A DNA stretch of 34,352 nucleotides. Origin: a virus. Lineage: Duplodnaviria; Caudoviricetes. Below the pieces are notes generated by a model. That model saw nothing but the letters and a program-made list of their open reading frames with translations. It did not search any database and was not told where the DNA came from. The stretch spans positions 1 to 34,352 of the IMG/VR virus record IMGVR_UViG_3300035394_000014, one strand, 5' to 3'. This document shows positions 1 to 8,970 of this stretch, piece by piece. The stretch's first letter is position 1; each line of letters opens with the position of its first letter. The translations under genes were made by a program, and so were the position numbers.

Positions 1-125
1 ACATAACATAAGATACACAACAACAGTACAAGTAGTACAACATAACATACCAAGTACAACATAACATAGATAGAGTACAAACAACAGTAAGATAACATAC
101 ATGATGTAACATAAACTAACATACA
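1..125. repeat. Degenerate AC-rich direct repeats
   Basis: AGTACAACATAACATA at 34-49 and 53-68; TAACATA at 4, 43, 62, 93, 107 and 117; ACAACAGTA at 20 and 81. Confidence 0.8.
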
Positions 126-310
126 TTATAATACAATAATATATATCCAGCCAAAAAAAGTAAATGTCATATATAAAAATGGGGAGGGGGATTTCGACAT
201 TTCAAAAATAGAGGGGGGCAGTCAGCCAGAGAAGAAAAGAAATGCACATTTTATGTTATAAAAAAAATTTTTTTTTAAAAAAAAGTATACCCCCCTATGT
301 AATTATTTCG

Positions 311-318
311 TATATTTG
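311..318 (+). promoter_or_regulatory. Bacteroidota sigma -7 promoter element
   Basis: TATATTTG matches TAnnTTTG, ~20 nt upstream of ATG 338. No clear -33 TTTG. Confidence 0.6.
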
Positions 319-337
319 CATAATAAAATAAACAATT

Positions 338-1177
338 ATGAGAAGTGGAATTTACATGATAATTAATTTATCAAATAATAAATCTTATGTAGGTAGTTCT
401 AAAAATTTAAATAGACGAAAAAGAGATCATTTTAATGAGTTAAAATCTAATACTCATGAGAATGCTTATTTACAAAATAGTTATAATAAATATGGTAAAG
501 AGATGTTTGTATTTATTACATTAGAAAAATGCAGTGAAGATATATTAATAAATAGGGAATTATATTGGATAGATATTAAACAAAGTACTAATAGAAAATT
601 TGGCTACAACTTATGTTTACCTAATGAAGATGGAGGTTATGTATTTACAGATGAAATAAGATTAAAAATGAGTCGAGCTGGATATGAGCGAATACATGGT
701 AAATTAACAGATGAAGAATTTGAAATAAAACGTAAAGAAAATGAACTTTACAAAAATAGAGAGAGAATAATTGTAAAAAAGAAAGTATTTGGATTTGATA
801 AGTACACTGGTGAATTAATTAAAACCTACGAAAGTGTAGGTTCTATTGGTAAATCTGATAGAATTAGATTAGTATTAGATAATCCTAAGTACTCCTATAA
901 AGGATTAATATTGATAAAAGAAGAGAATTATGACTCTAATAAAGTGTATAAGCAATTACCAAGAGAAAAAAAAGAAACGTATTATAATTATGAAAAAAAA
1001 GGAAGATTTAAAGGTCATCCTGTAGAGACATTTGATCTAACAACTGGTGATACTGTAATACAATTTAAAAACAAACATGAAATGGCAATTTATTATAATA
1101 AATCCTTAAAATACATTGATAAAGTATTCAGTAAAGATAGACCTAGTTTAAATTCATTTGGAGTTAGATTTACTTAA
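338..1177 (+). CDS. GIY-YIG homing endonuclease (Seg-like) with NUMOD-type C-terminal domains
   Basis: N-terminal SGIYMI...YVGSS...R..H, later E.YWI and GYNL. Two NUMOD1-like segments (KKVFGFDKYTGELIKTYES, HPVETFDLTTGDTVIQFKN). Confidence 0.92.
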   Translation: MRSGIYMIINLSNNKSYVGSSKNLNRRKRDHFNELKSNTHENAYLQNSYNKYGKEMFVFITLEKCSEDILINRELYWIDIKQSTNRKFGYNLCLPNEDGGYVFTDEIRLKMSRAGYERIHGKLTDEEFEIKRKENELYKNRERIIVKKKVFGFDKYTGELIKTYESVGSIGKSDRIRLVLDNPKYSYKGLILIKEENYDSNKVYKQLPREKKETYYNYEKKGRFKGHPVETFDLTTGDTVIQFKNKHEMAIYYNKSLKYIDKVFSKDRPSLNSFGVRFT

Positions 1178-1216
1178 CTCTATATTTTATCCCCACTAAA
1201 TTTTTTTTATAAAAAT

Positions 1217-1247
1217 TTTGTATTCAATCTATTTTTTACTATATTTG
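1217..1247 (+). promoter_or_regulatory. Bacteroidota sigma promoter (-33/-7)
   Basis: TTTG 1217-1220, 19-nt spacer, TATATTTG 1240-1247. Confidence 0.8.
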
Positions 1248-1249
1248 CA

Positions 1250-1743
1250 GTCTAATCCTCACCAAACAAATGTGAGCGTCCACTCAAACGAATCTAACAA
1301 ATTACTATGAGTGTAGAAGTCGGGTTGGCTTAGTAATACTTGATATGAACAGTGTTGTCCCCGATAGATTAGAAAATTGCTATAGTATAAAGACTAAGGT
1401 CACTAGGAATTATAACACGCACAACAGATCGGTTAAAAATGGCAACCAGAGTAGTTTATCTGGCAATGTTGCACATGGGGTGGGCTGATGCGTTGACAAA
1501 CCAGGGCGTAGGTGGAAAAGTTAATTTCATACCTTTAATAGGTATAAAGAGTCTAGCTGCTTAGATTGAAATTAAGTAATGCGTACGGTTAGTTCGGAAG
1601 TCTATAGTTAAAATCGGTAGTTGGTGACAACATACTCAACCATTATATATCACAATTATGTCTAATTTTTTATGTCAAAAAATAACAAACTAGTCGTCTT
1701 AGCGACCACCCCTCCTTGGGGTGGAGTATGTAAATACTCTTTT
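1250..1743 (+). ncRNA. Candidate large structured non-coding RNA, family not recognised
   Basis: ORF-free and more GC-rich than flanks. Starts right after a consensus promoter, has many nested stems and GNRA tetraloops, and ends in hairpins plus a T-run. Confidence 0.6.
1706..1743 (+). terminator. Terminal hairpins and T-run
   Basis: CCACCCC-tcctt-GGGGTGG (1706-1724), then GAGTAT-gtaa-ATACTC (1724-1739), then TTTT. Confidence 0.5.
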
Positions 1744-1950
1744 AAAAGTTTACTTTTAATAGATAGTTACATAGTTCAATCGTTAAATTTTATTTAACAT
1801 TGATAACGTACTCCCATACAAGTAATTTTTAAAATTACTTAGTCGGAATGAAGCGAAGCGAGAATGGAGATTATGTAATGGTTAAAATAAATGTCACGGT
1901 GAACTATGTCAATTTAATTTAACAAACAATCAAAAACAAATAAACAAATT

Positions 1951-2424
1951 ATGGCTGTACATCATTATTTTCAACATGAAGACACTCTTGAAGAAGCATA
2001 CGAGAAATTTAAATTATTGTGCGATGTATTAAATCAAGATTTACTTAAATACAATCAAATCAACTGTTATCTATTAAGACAATCAATTTTACTTACTCAA
2101 CCAAGTAAAGGATTAGAATATATGATAACTGGATGTGATCCAACTAAACAATTTCAACCATTAGATTACTTCATATCAGATTTAATTATAAACAAAGAAA
2201 CATTAGATATATTAATAAAGAGTGTAAATAAAAATTGTATTTCAATTGATACTATTTATTTAGGTGATAATATATTTGAAATTGACATCAATGGTATTCA
2301 TTCTAGTACTAATGTTAAAATGAATAATAATATTAAAAGTGTAATAGACGATAAAAATGATTTATTTAGATTAATACTAAGTATAAACACAATCATAAAA
2401 GAAATTAAACCACTAAGAAATTAG
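1951..2424 (+). CDS. Hypothetical protein
   Basis: 157-aa ORF with A-rich leader and aattATG start, followed by a terminator. No motif recognised. Confidence 0.75.
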   Translation: MAVHHYFQHEDTLEEAYEKFKLLCDVLNQDLLKYNQINCYLLRQSILLTQPSKGLEYMITGCDPTKQFQPLDYFISDLIINKETLDILIKSVNKNCISIDTIYLGDNIFEIDINGIHSSTNVKMNNNIKSVIDDKNDLFRLILSINTIIKEIKPLRN

Positions 2425-2433
2425 TGGTTTTTT
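2407..2433 (+). terminator. Intrinsic terminator
   Basis: AAACCACTAA-gaaa-TTAGTGGTTT followed by TTT. Confidence 0.75.
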
Positions 2434-2449
2434 ATTTAATAAAATTTAC

Positions 2450-2457
2450 TATCTTTG
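2450..2457 (+). promoter_or_regulatory. Bacteroidota -7 promoter element
   Basis: TATCTTTG directly after the terminator, ~20 nt before ATG 2478. Confidence 0.65.
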
Positions 2458-2477
2458 TAAACTCAATTAAAACTATT

Positions 2478-2849
2478 ATGGCAACTAAAATTAATTTAAA
2501 AGTAACAAAAGAACGATTAGATGTAATAGTATTACATTTAAAGATCTACAACTTATTTGTATTAAACGATAAGTTAACAACAAAAGAATTAGATATAGCT
2601 TCATTTATTTATGACAAACAATATGAAGTTATAGATACAAACGAAAGAAAAGAAATTAAAGAGTATTTTAAGATTTCAAATGCAGGTGTATCTATTTACA
2701 TTAAAACATTATTAGAACATAATATATTAGTTAATAAAGATGATAGTATAATTATCAATAGTAAATTAAATAGTAAATTTGAAGATATGATTTATAATTT
2801 AAATGTAGTAATTAATGAAAGATCCGAGGATACTAGTAGAGAAGTTTAA
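2478..2849 (+). CDS. Putative winged-helix DNA-binding protein
   Basis: LTTKELDIASFI...RKEIKEYFKISNAGVSIYIKTLLEHNILV resembles a wHTH. Start moved from GTG 2424 to ATG 2478 because a promoter lies between them. Confidence 0.6.
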   Translation: MATKINLKVTKERLDVIVLHLKIYNLFVLNDKLTTKELDIASFIYDKQYEVIDTNERKEIKEYFKISNAGVSIYIKTLLEHNILVNKDDSIIINSKLNSKFEDMIYNLNVVINERSEDTSREV

Positions 2850-3111
2850 ATTAACTCATGACGTTAAGTTATGTACTACTGATTTATATAATTTATTTAG
2901 ATTAGTAGTTACTAAGATGATGAAGAAAATGGGTGATGGATCTGATATAAGATTTAAATACTTTGGATCATTTCAATTAGATAAGAAATTACTCAACAAA
3001 CGAAACTACGCATTAACTAAGCATGATGCTCATTTAGGTAAATTTAAAGTTCAATATGAAGAATTAACAAAATTAATTAAATTATATGAAAGCAGAAATA
3101 ACATTGAGTAA
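2815..3111 (+). CDS. IHF/HU-like protein
   Basis: Basic 98-aa ORF. DIRFKYFGSFQL resembles the HU/IHF V.L.GFG.F motif. Confidence 0.5.
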   Translation: MKDPRILVEKFKLTHDVKLCTTDLYNLFRLVVTKMMKKMGDGSDIRFKYFGSFQLDKKLLNKRNYALTKHDAHLGKFKVQYEELTKLIKLYESRNNIE

Positions 3112-3442
3112 TATTAAAAACTATATAGAAGGTAATATTAGATATAGTTTATATTATAGTAAATATTTCAAATGGTTACTAAGAGATCATATTGTAGAAC
3201 AAATTGAATATAGGATTAATTCTATGAGACAAAATTGTTATATAATGGGTCAGTGTGAAATGTGTGGTTGCTCAACAACAGCATTGCAAATGTGTAGTAA
3301 ACCATGTGAAGGTCATTGTTATCCAAGTATGTTATTTTTTAAAATAGATTGGGAATATGCTAAAGAAATAGGATACTTTGAAGATTTTGAAATTGATATT
3401 AATACTAAAAAATTTAATTTAATATGTGGGAGCAAACTGTAA
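3086..3442 (+). CDS. Cys-rich putative metal-binding protein
   Basis: C....GQCEMCGC......MCSKPCEGHC cluster. Confidence 0.65.
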   Translation: MKAEITLSNIKNYIEGNIRYSLYYSKYFKWLLRDHIVEQIEYRINSMRQNCYIMGQCEMCGCSTTALQMCSKPCEGHCYPSMLFFKIDWEYAKEIGYFEDFEIDINTKKFNLICGSKL

Positions 3443-3702
3443 TAGATTTAGGTAATGTAAAAAAGAACACTAAACATTCGTTTAAATTTAAAGGTAATGT
3501 TAGTAATATAAAATCTATAAAAGCTGGCTGTGGTTGTACTAGTGTTAAAAAAGATGCGGATGGAATAATCGGATCAATAGCTATAGGACAGATACCAGCT
3601 CATATAAAAGAAACTACATTGAGACAAACTAAATCAATAACTATTAGTTATACTGATAAAGATGAAGTTGAAAAATTATTTATAACTTATACTATTGTTT
3701 AA
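3424..3702 (+). CDS. DUF1573-like small Ig-fold protein
   Basis: IDLGNV...FKF...IKSIKAGCGCT resembles the DUF1573 xCGCT signature. Confidence 0.65.
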   Translation: MWEQTVIDLGNVKKNTKHSFKFKGNVSNIKSIKAGCGCTSVKKDADGIIGSIAIGQIPAHIKETTLRQTKSITISYTDKDEVEKLFITYTIV

Positions 3703-3704
3703 TT

Positions 3705-4253
3705 ATGGATATATTTAGAAAAGTAGAAAATACTATTATACCAACTGAATCTATATTACTAGTAGAACCATTTAAGACAATGTGGTCTGAAGACAAGTCT
3801 AAAGATAAGTCTAGTGCACTAAAAGATTTTGCGTTTATAGAACTATATTGTTCACTTAAAAAGTCTAATCCATTTTCTGGATATGAAGAAGAAAAGAGAT
3901 TAGATAAAGTTAAATTAGAAGTTTATAAAGATATAAATTATAAACTATCAGGTTTGACTCTAAAGGCAATTGAAGTATACAAAGAGTTTATGTTAAATGC
4001 ATCATCTAGTTATGATGATTATTTAAAAGCAGATAGATTATTAACTAAGATTAAACAATTTTTAGATGAGGTAGATCCTAATGAAAGAGATAAGTCTAAT
4101 AAACCAGTTCATAAAGCATCTGAGTTAATTAGTGCTGCTAAGAATCTATTAAGCCTATCTTCTGATTTAAGTTTATTTAAGGAAAAAGTAATGTCTGATA
4201 CACTACATTCAACAAATAAAACAAGTAAACAAATTAGTGATTTTGAAAGATGA
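3705..4253 (+). CDS. Conserved protein before TerL, possible terminase small subunit
   Basis: Helical 182-aa ORF with an ATGA overlap into TerL. Function inferred from position only. Confidence 0.55.
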   Translation: MDIFRKVENTIIPTESILLVEPFKTMWSEDKSKDKSSALKDFAFIELYCSLKKSNPFSGYEEEKRLDKVKLEVYKDINYKLSGLTLKAIEVYKEFMLNASSSYDDYLKADRLLTKIKQFLDEVDPNERDKSNKPVHKASELISAAKNLLSLSSDLSLFKEKVMSDTLHSTNKTSKQISDFER

Positions 4254-6298
4254 TACGTAATGAACAAGGTGAATGGTTGAATACAGATGTCTTTAGGCAA
4301 GAAGCTATTCAATTTTTAAAACATGGATATTATACCGATGCACCTGAAGGAAGTCATGAGTTTAAAGAGTATTGGCAAACTCAATTAGAACGATGTAGAA
4401 ATGGATATGAAGTTGATGGAGTAAGAATAACTGGTCACCATTATCATTATTTAAACTTTTGTCAAATTAAACTTACAGATGAAAGCGATTCTAAAAATGT
4501 AAGAACTTCTAAGAAGATTAAAACATTCCCTAATTTCTATGATGGAGATTATGATTTCTTTTGGTCATATGAGATAGCAGAAAAAGGAATTGACAAAGAT
4601 GAATATCATAGATTACAATTAAAAGTAAGTGTAAAAGAAGACAATTTAGATGGTGGTAGATATTTAATTTGTGTAAAGGCAAGACGTAAAGGATATTCTT
4701 ATAAATCAGCATCTATATGTGCTAATATATATAATACAGTTAGAAACTCATTAGTACTAATTGGAGCAGGTATAGAAATGTATGCAATGGGGAACTTTAA
4801 GATGGTAAAGGATTACCTTAACTTTCATAATAAGTATTGCCCTGGATTTAGAAAGAATAGATTAATTGATACAAAAGATCATATTAAATCTGGATTTTAT
4901 GAAGAGATAAATGGTGTTAAAACTGAAGGTGGTTATGGATCTGAAATAATGATTATATCATTTAAAGATAATGCCGATGCCGCAAGGGGTAAAGATGCTA
5001 ATCTAGTCATATTTGAGGAAGGTGGTAAATTTAATAATTTAAAAGATTCGTTTTATGCAACAGATGATACCTTAAGGGATGGTAAATATATTTCTGGTAT
5101 GGCATTGATATTTGGTACATCTGGGGATATGGAGAGAGGTGGTACACTAGATTTATCAACTATGTTCTATGATCCAGAACAATTTAACTGTTTAGCTTTT
5201 GACAATATATGGGATACTAATGCCAAAGGATCTTATGCAGGATTGTTTCATCCAGCTCATTTAAATATGGTTGGGTTCATGTCTAAACAAGGTAATTCTA
5301 AATATAAAGAAGCATTAAGTCATATTAATGATGAGATTGAAAAAAGACGTAAATCAGGTAAAGGTAGTATTACTGTTAAGAAATATCTTACTGAAAACCC
5401 ACGTACACCAGCCGAAGCATTTAGTATTAGCTCTACTAATGATTTTCCAACAGTAGAATTAGATGCTCAATTAAATTATATAATGGCTAATAATTTACAT
5501 ATAAAGTTATCTACTCCAGTAAGACTATCAAGAGGATTGGATGGTAAAGTAAAAGCAGAACCAGACTATGTTAGTAAGTTAATACCTATATGGACAGATA
5601 GACCCGATCCTTCATCATTGGAAGGTGCAGTTGTTATATATGAATTTCCAGTTGTTAATGCACCTAAAGGATTATATAAGATAGGCTACGATCCATATAG
5701 ACAAGATCAAGGTACTTCTCTAGCTTGCATTATAGTTTACAAATCTAATAATAAGTTTGAAGGTTGTAGAGATGAAATAGTAGCTAAATATTTAGGTAGA
5801 ACTAAAACAGCAGATGAATGTAATAGAATAGCTGAAATGCTTACTGAATTTTACAATACAGAATTAATGTATGAAAATGAAGTCGTAGAAGTAAAGAACT
5901 ACTTTGAAAGAAGAAAGAAGTTGCATTTACTAGCATTACAACCAGACTCTGTAATTAGTACTAATATTAAAAACTCAAAAGTAAGACGAGTGTATGGTTG
6001 TCATATGAATGAAAAAATGAAAGATGCTGGAGAAAAATATATTAAAAAATGGTTATTAGAAGAAAGAGATGTAGATGAAGATGGCAATGTAATTTTAAAT
6101 TTACATAAAATGTATGACCCAGTATTAATTAAAGAATTAATTAATTATAATCGTAAAGGCAATTTCGACAGCGTTATGTCGTTTATGCAAGTAATGTTTC
6201 AATTAGAAGAAGAAGTTCTTGATAAAGTTTATGAAAAGAATGAAGTTAATAATGTAGCTAATGATATTTCAAATTTTTTTAATATATATAGAAGATGA
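4250..6298 (+). CDS. terL: Terminase large subunit
   Basis: Walker A-type KARRKGYSY, Walker B VIFEEGG, coupling motif FGT, nuclease motifs IGYDPY and NFDSVMS. crAss-like N-terminus ITGHHYHYLNF. Confidence 0.93.
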   Translation: MIRNEQGEWLNTDVFRQEAIQFLKHGYYTDAPEGSHEFKEYWQTQLERCRNGYEVDGVRITGHHYHYLNFCQIKLTDESDSKNVRTSKKIKTFPNFYDGDYDFFWSYEIAEKGIDKDEYHRLQLKVSVKEDNLDGGRYLICVKARRKGYSYKSASICANIYNTVRNSLVLIGAGIEMYAMGNFKMVKDYLNFHNKYCPGFRKNRLIDTKDHIKSGFYEEINGVKTEGGYGSEIMIISFKDNADAARGKDANLVIFEEGGKFNNLKDSFYATDDTLRDGKYISGMALIFGTSGDMERGGTLDLSTMFYDPEQFNCLAFDNIWDTNAKGSYAGLFHPAHLNMVGFMSKQGNSKYKEALSHINDEIEKRRKSGKGSITVKKYLTENPRTPAEAFSISSTNDFPTVELDAQLNYIMANNLHIKLSTPVRLSRGLDGKVKAEPDYVSKLIPIWTDRPDPSSLEGAVVIYEFPVVNAPKGLYKIGYDPYRQDQGTSLACIIVYKSNNKFEGCRDEIVAKYLGRTKTADECNRIAEMLTEFYNTELMYENEVVEVKNYFERRKKLHLLALQPDSVISTNIKNSKVRRVYGCHMNEKMKDAGEKYIKKWLLEERDVDEDGNVILNLHKMYDPVLIKELINYNRKGNFDSVMSFMQVMFQLEEEVLDKVYEKNEVNNVANDISNFFNIYRR

Positions 6299-8970
6299 TA
6301 AACGATAAAGTTTTAAACTTTGGCGAAGTAGCAATTGATCGTAGAGACGACATTACTCAAGCTCAGAAAGAGGCAAAAGATTTTGCTTGGTATAAATCTA
6401 GAATGAATAGTATTGGTGTATTAAATGGTACTAATATAGTTATTCCGTCAGAACATGGTTTCATTGATAATAATTTTCCATATAATATGCAAATCAATTA
6501 TGATTTATATAATGGTAAATTACATAGAGAAGATATGTCATCTACCTATAAAATAGGTGGTATAGATTTAGAAGTTCCAAAAGATATTTCTCATAGAGAT
6601 ATAATCTCACCAATAATTAAATTCCTAGAAGGAATGGAAGTTAAACGTCCTTTTCGATGGAAAGTAGTCGCTACTAATCCAGAAGCAACTACAAGAAAAG
6701 AAGAGGAGAAGTTTAAAAAAATTGCTGAGTTTGTAGTTCAAGAAATAAATAAAGGAATTTCTATAGAAGTAGAACGACAAAGAAAAGAAATGGAAATTCA
6801 AATGTTAGAGCAAAATAAAGCTCAAGCACAGCAACCAAATCAATCTCAGCAACAAGGTATGGAAGGAGAAAATGCTTCTCAACCACAACAAATGCAACAA
6901 CCTCAAACAAGTTTAACTCCTGATCAACAGAAACAAATTGAACAGTTTGTAGAGGAACAAACTAAAGCTATGACTCCTCCAGAAGTAGAGACATATATGA
7001 AAAGAAAGCATCAAGACCCTGCTGAGATTTTAGCCAATCAGCTACTGAATTATTTAAGGAGAAAAGAGAATCTTGAATATAAGTTTCAAAAAGGTTGGAA
7101 ACATGCTCTAATAACGGGTATGGAAATATTTAGAATTAGAGAAGGTCATGATTCATTAGTAATTGATGTTGTCAATCCTATAAATTTTAGATTTGCTAGA
7201 AATTTAAAATCAGAATATATTGAAGATGCAGATTGGGTTAGTTACACAAGATATTTAACTCCATCAGAAATTATATCAGAATATCCAGAATTAACAGATC
7301 AAGAACGAAAAGATATATACCAATATAATATTAATGCAGCAGTAGGTCAGAATGGAGATTTCTTTTCTCATGGTACAGTTAATTATGGAGCTGGTCACCC
7401 TGCTGTAGGTAATTTTGGTCAAGTTAATGAATCTCACAATTACTTAAGAGAAACTGGTATTGCTGTATTAAATGTACAGTTTAGATCTTTAAAGAAAATA
7501 GGTTTTTTAAAGTATTTGGATATGGAAACAGGAATGGAATTAGAAACTATTGTTGATGAAAATTATAAAATAAATAGAGAATCTGGAGATATAGGTATAG
7601 AATGGAAATGGATTGAAGAACTACATGAAGGAACTAGAATTGGTAAAAACATATATGTTAAATGTAGACCAGTACCAAATCAATTTAAATCAATAGCTGA
7701 TTATGGAATGCATCATAAATTAGAGTATATTGGAGTTACTTATGATAGTTTAAATTCAGAAATGACAAGTGTTGTAGATAGACTTAAGCAAATGCAATAC
7801 TATTATAATGTTATTATGTATAGATTAGAAGAACTTTTATCTTCTGATATGGGTAAAAAGGTATTCTTTAATATGAATATGATCCCAACATTTCCCGGTG
7901 GAGATGGTAATAATGGATCAAATAAAATTACAACATGGTTAAAATACTTGAAAGAATTAGGTATTGGATTTTATAATCCAAATGAAGAAGGTAATAAAAG
8001 TCAGGATGGTAATGCGGGTTCAATTGCTAAGGAAGTTGATATGTCATTGGTATCTGATATTACTAGATACATGGAATATGCAGAATATGTAGTTAGAAAA
8101 GCAAGGGATCTTGTTGGTGTAAATGATCAAATGCTCGGTCAAATAGCACCTAATGAAGCTGTAAGAAATACTCAACAAGCAATATCTCAATCTAGTTATG
8201 TATTAGAGCCAATGTTTATAATTCATAATACAGTTAAACAAAGAGTAATTACTGAACTATTGCATAAATCTAAAACATACTATCAAGAAAGACAACCAGA
8301 GGTATTACATTATGTTTTAGATGACAATACTCTTGAAATAATTAAAACTGACCCAGATCTACTAGCTGAATCTAGTTATGGTTTATTTGTTAGTGATAAT
8401 AGTAAAGCATTTGAATTAAAAGAAACAATTAATCAATTAGCTCATGCCGCAATGCAAAATCAAATGATTGATATGTCACAAGTAATCGATATATTAAATA
8501 CAGAGGATTTGTTAGTTGCTAAGGAAAAATTAGAAGAATCAGAAAGAATTAAATCTAATCAAAAACAACAAGAACAAAAATCACAACAAGAGCACGAAGC
8601 TAGATTATTAGAAGAACAAAAGAAATTAGAGAAAGAAAGACAAGATTTTGAATTAGTGAAAATAAGAACAACTGGAGAAGAGGAAAGAAAGAATATAACA
8701 TTAAAAGGTCAATTTGATTTACAAAAACAAGCAATGTTATCAATTGGATTTGATCCAAACAAAGATGTAGATAATGATGGTACACCAGATGTATTAGAAG
8801 TATATAAAGCAGGAGTAGATGCAAAAGTACAAGCAGCAAAACTAGCATTAGATAAAGAAAAGTTAGATCATCAAAAAGAAGTTGATAATAAGAACTTAGA
8901 ATTAAGTAAACAAAAAAATGACAATGATTTAGCTAAAATTAACGTAATGAAGAATAAATCAAGTTCGTAA
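6295..8970 (+). CDS. Portal protein
   Basis: 891 aa coupled to TerL. INYDLYNG, IISPIIKFLEGME, coiled-coil C-terminus with DVDNDG, as in crAss-like portals. Confidence 0.88.
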   Translation: MINDKVLNFGEVAIDRRDDITQAQKEAKDFAWYKSRMNSIGVLNGTNIVIPSEHGFIDNNFPYNMQINYDLYNGKLHREDMSSTYKIGGIDLEVPKDISHRDIISPIIKFLEGMEVKRPFRWKVVATNPEATTRKEEEKFKKIAEFVVQEINKGISIEVERQRKEMEIQMLEQNKAQAQQPNQSQQQGMEGENASQPQQMQQPQTSLTPDQQKQIEQFVEEQTKAMTPPEVETYMKRKHQDPAEILANQLLNYLRRKENLEYKFQKGWKHALITGMEIFRIREGHDSLVIDVVNPINFRFARNLKSEYIEDADWVSYTRYLTPSEIISEYPELTDQERKDIYQYNINAAVGQNGDFFSHGTVNYGAGHPAVGNFGQVNESHNYLRETGIAVLNVQFRSLKKIGFLKYLDMETGMELETIVDENYKINRESGDIGIEWKWIEELHEGTRIGKNIYVKCRPVPNQFKSIADYGMHHKLEYIGVTYDSLNSEMTSVVDRLKQMQYYYNVIMYRLEELLSSDMGKKVFFNMNMIPTFPGGDGNNGSNKITTWLKYLKELGIGFYNPNEEGNKSQDGNAGSIAKEVDMSLVSDITRYMEYAEYVVRKARDLVGVNDQMLGQIAPNEAVRNTQQAISQSSYVLEPMFIIHNTVKQRVITELLHKSKTYYQERQPEVLHYVLDDNTLEIIKTDPDLLAESSYGLFVSDNSKAFELKETINQLAHAAMQNQMIDMSQVIDILNTEDLLVAKEKLEESERIKSNQKQQEQKSQQEHEARLLEEQKKLEKERQDFELVKIRTTGEEERKNITLKGQFDLQKQAMLSIGFDPNKDVDNDGTPDVLEVYKAGVDAKVQAAKLALDKEKLDHQKEVDNKNLELSKQKNDNDLAKINVMKNKSSS

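Noticed and set aside
1-125. CRISPR array
   Set aside because: Repeats are short, degenerate and lack regular unique spacers.
1581-1592. GCGTACGGTT resembling the group II intron domain V 3' strand
   Set aside because: No matching AGCCG-type 5' strand at the right distance and no reverse transcriptase gene in the window.
1389-1698. Group I intron core (GACTA 1392 / TAGTC 1691 as P7) next to a GIY-YIG gene
   Set aside because: No convincing P4/P6 or J8/7 consensus, no interrupted host gene, and the region has its own promoter. A cmscan run would settle it.
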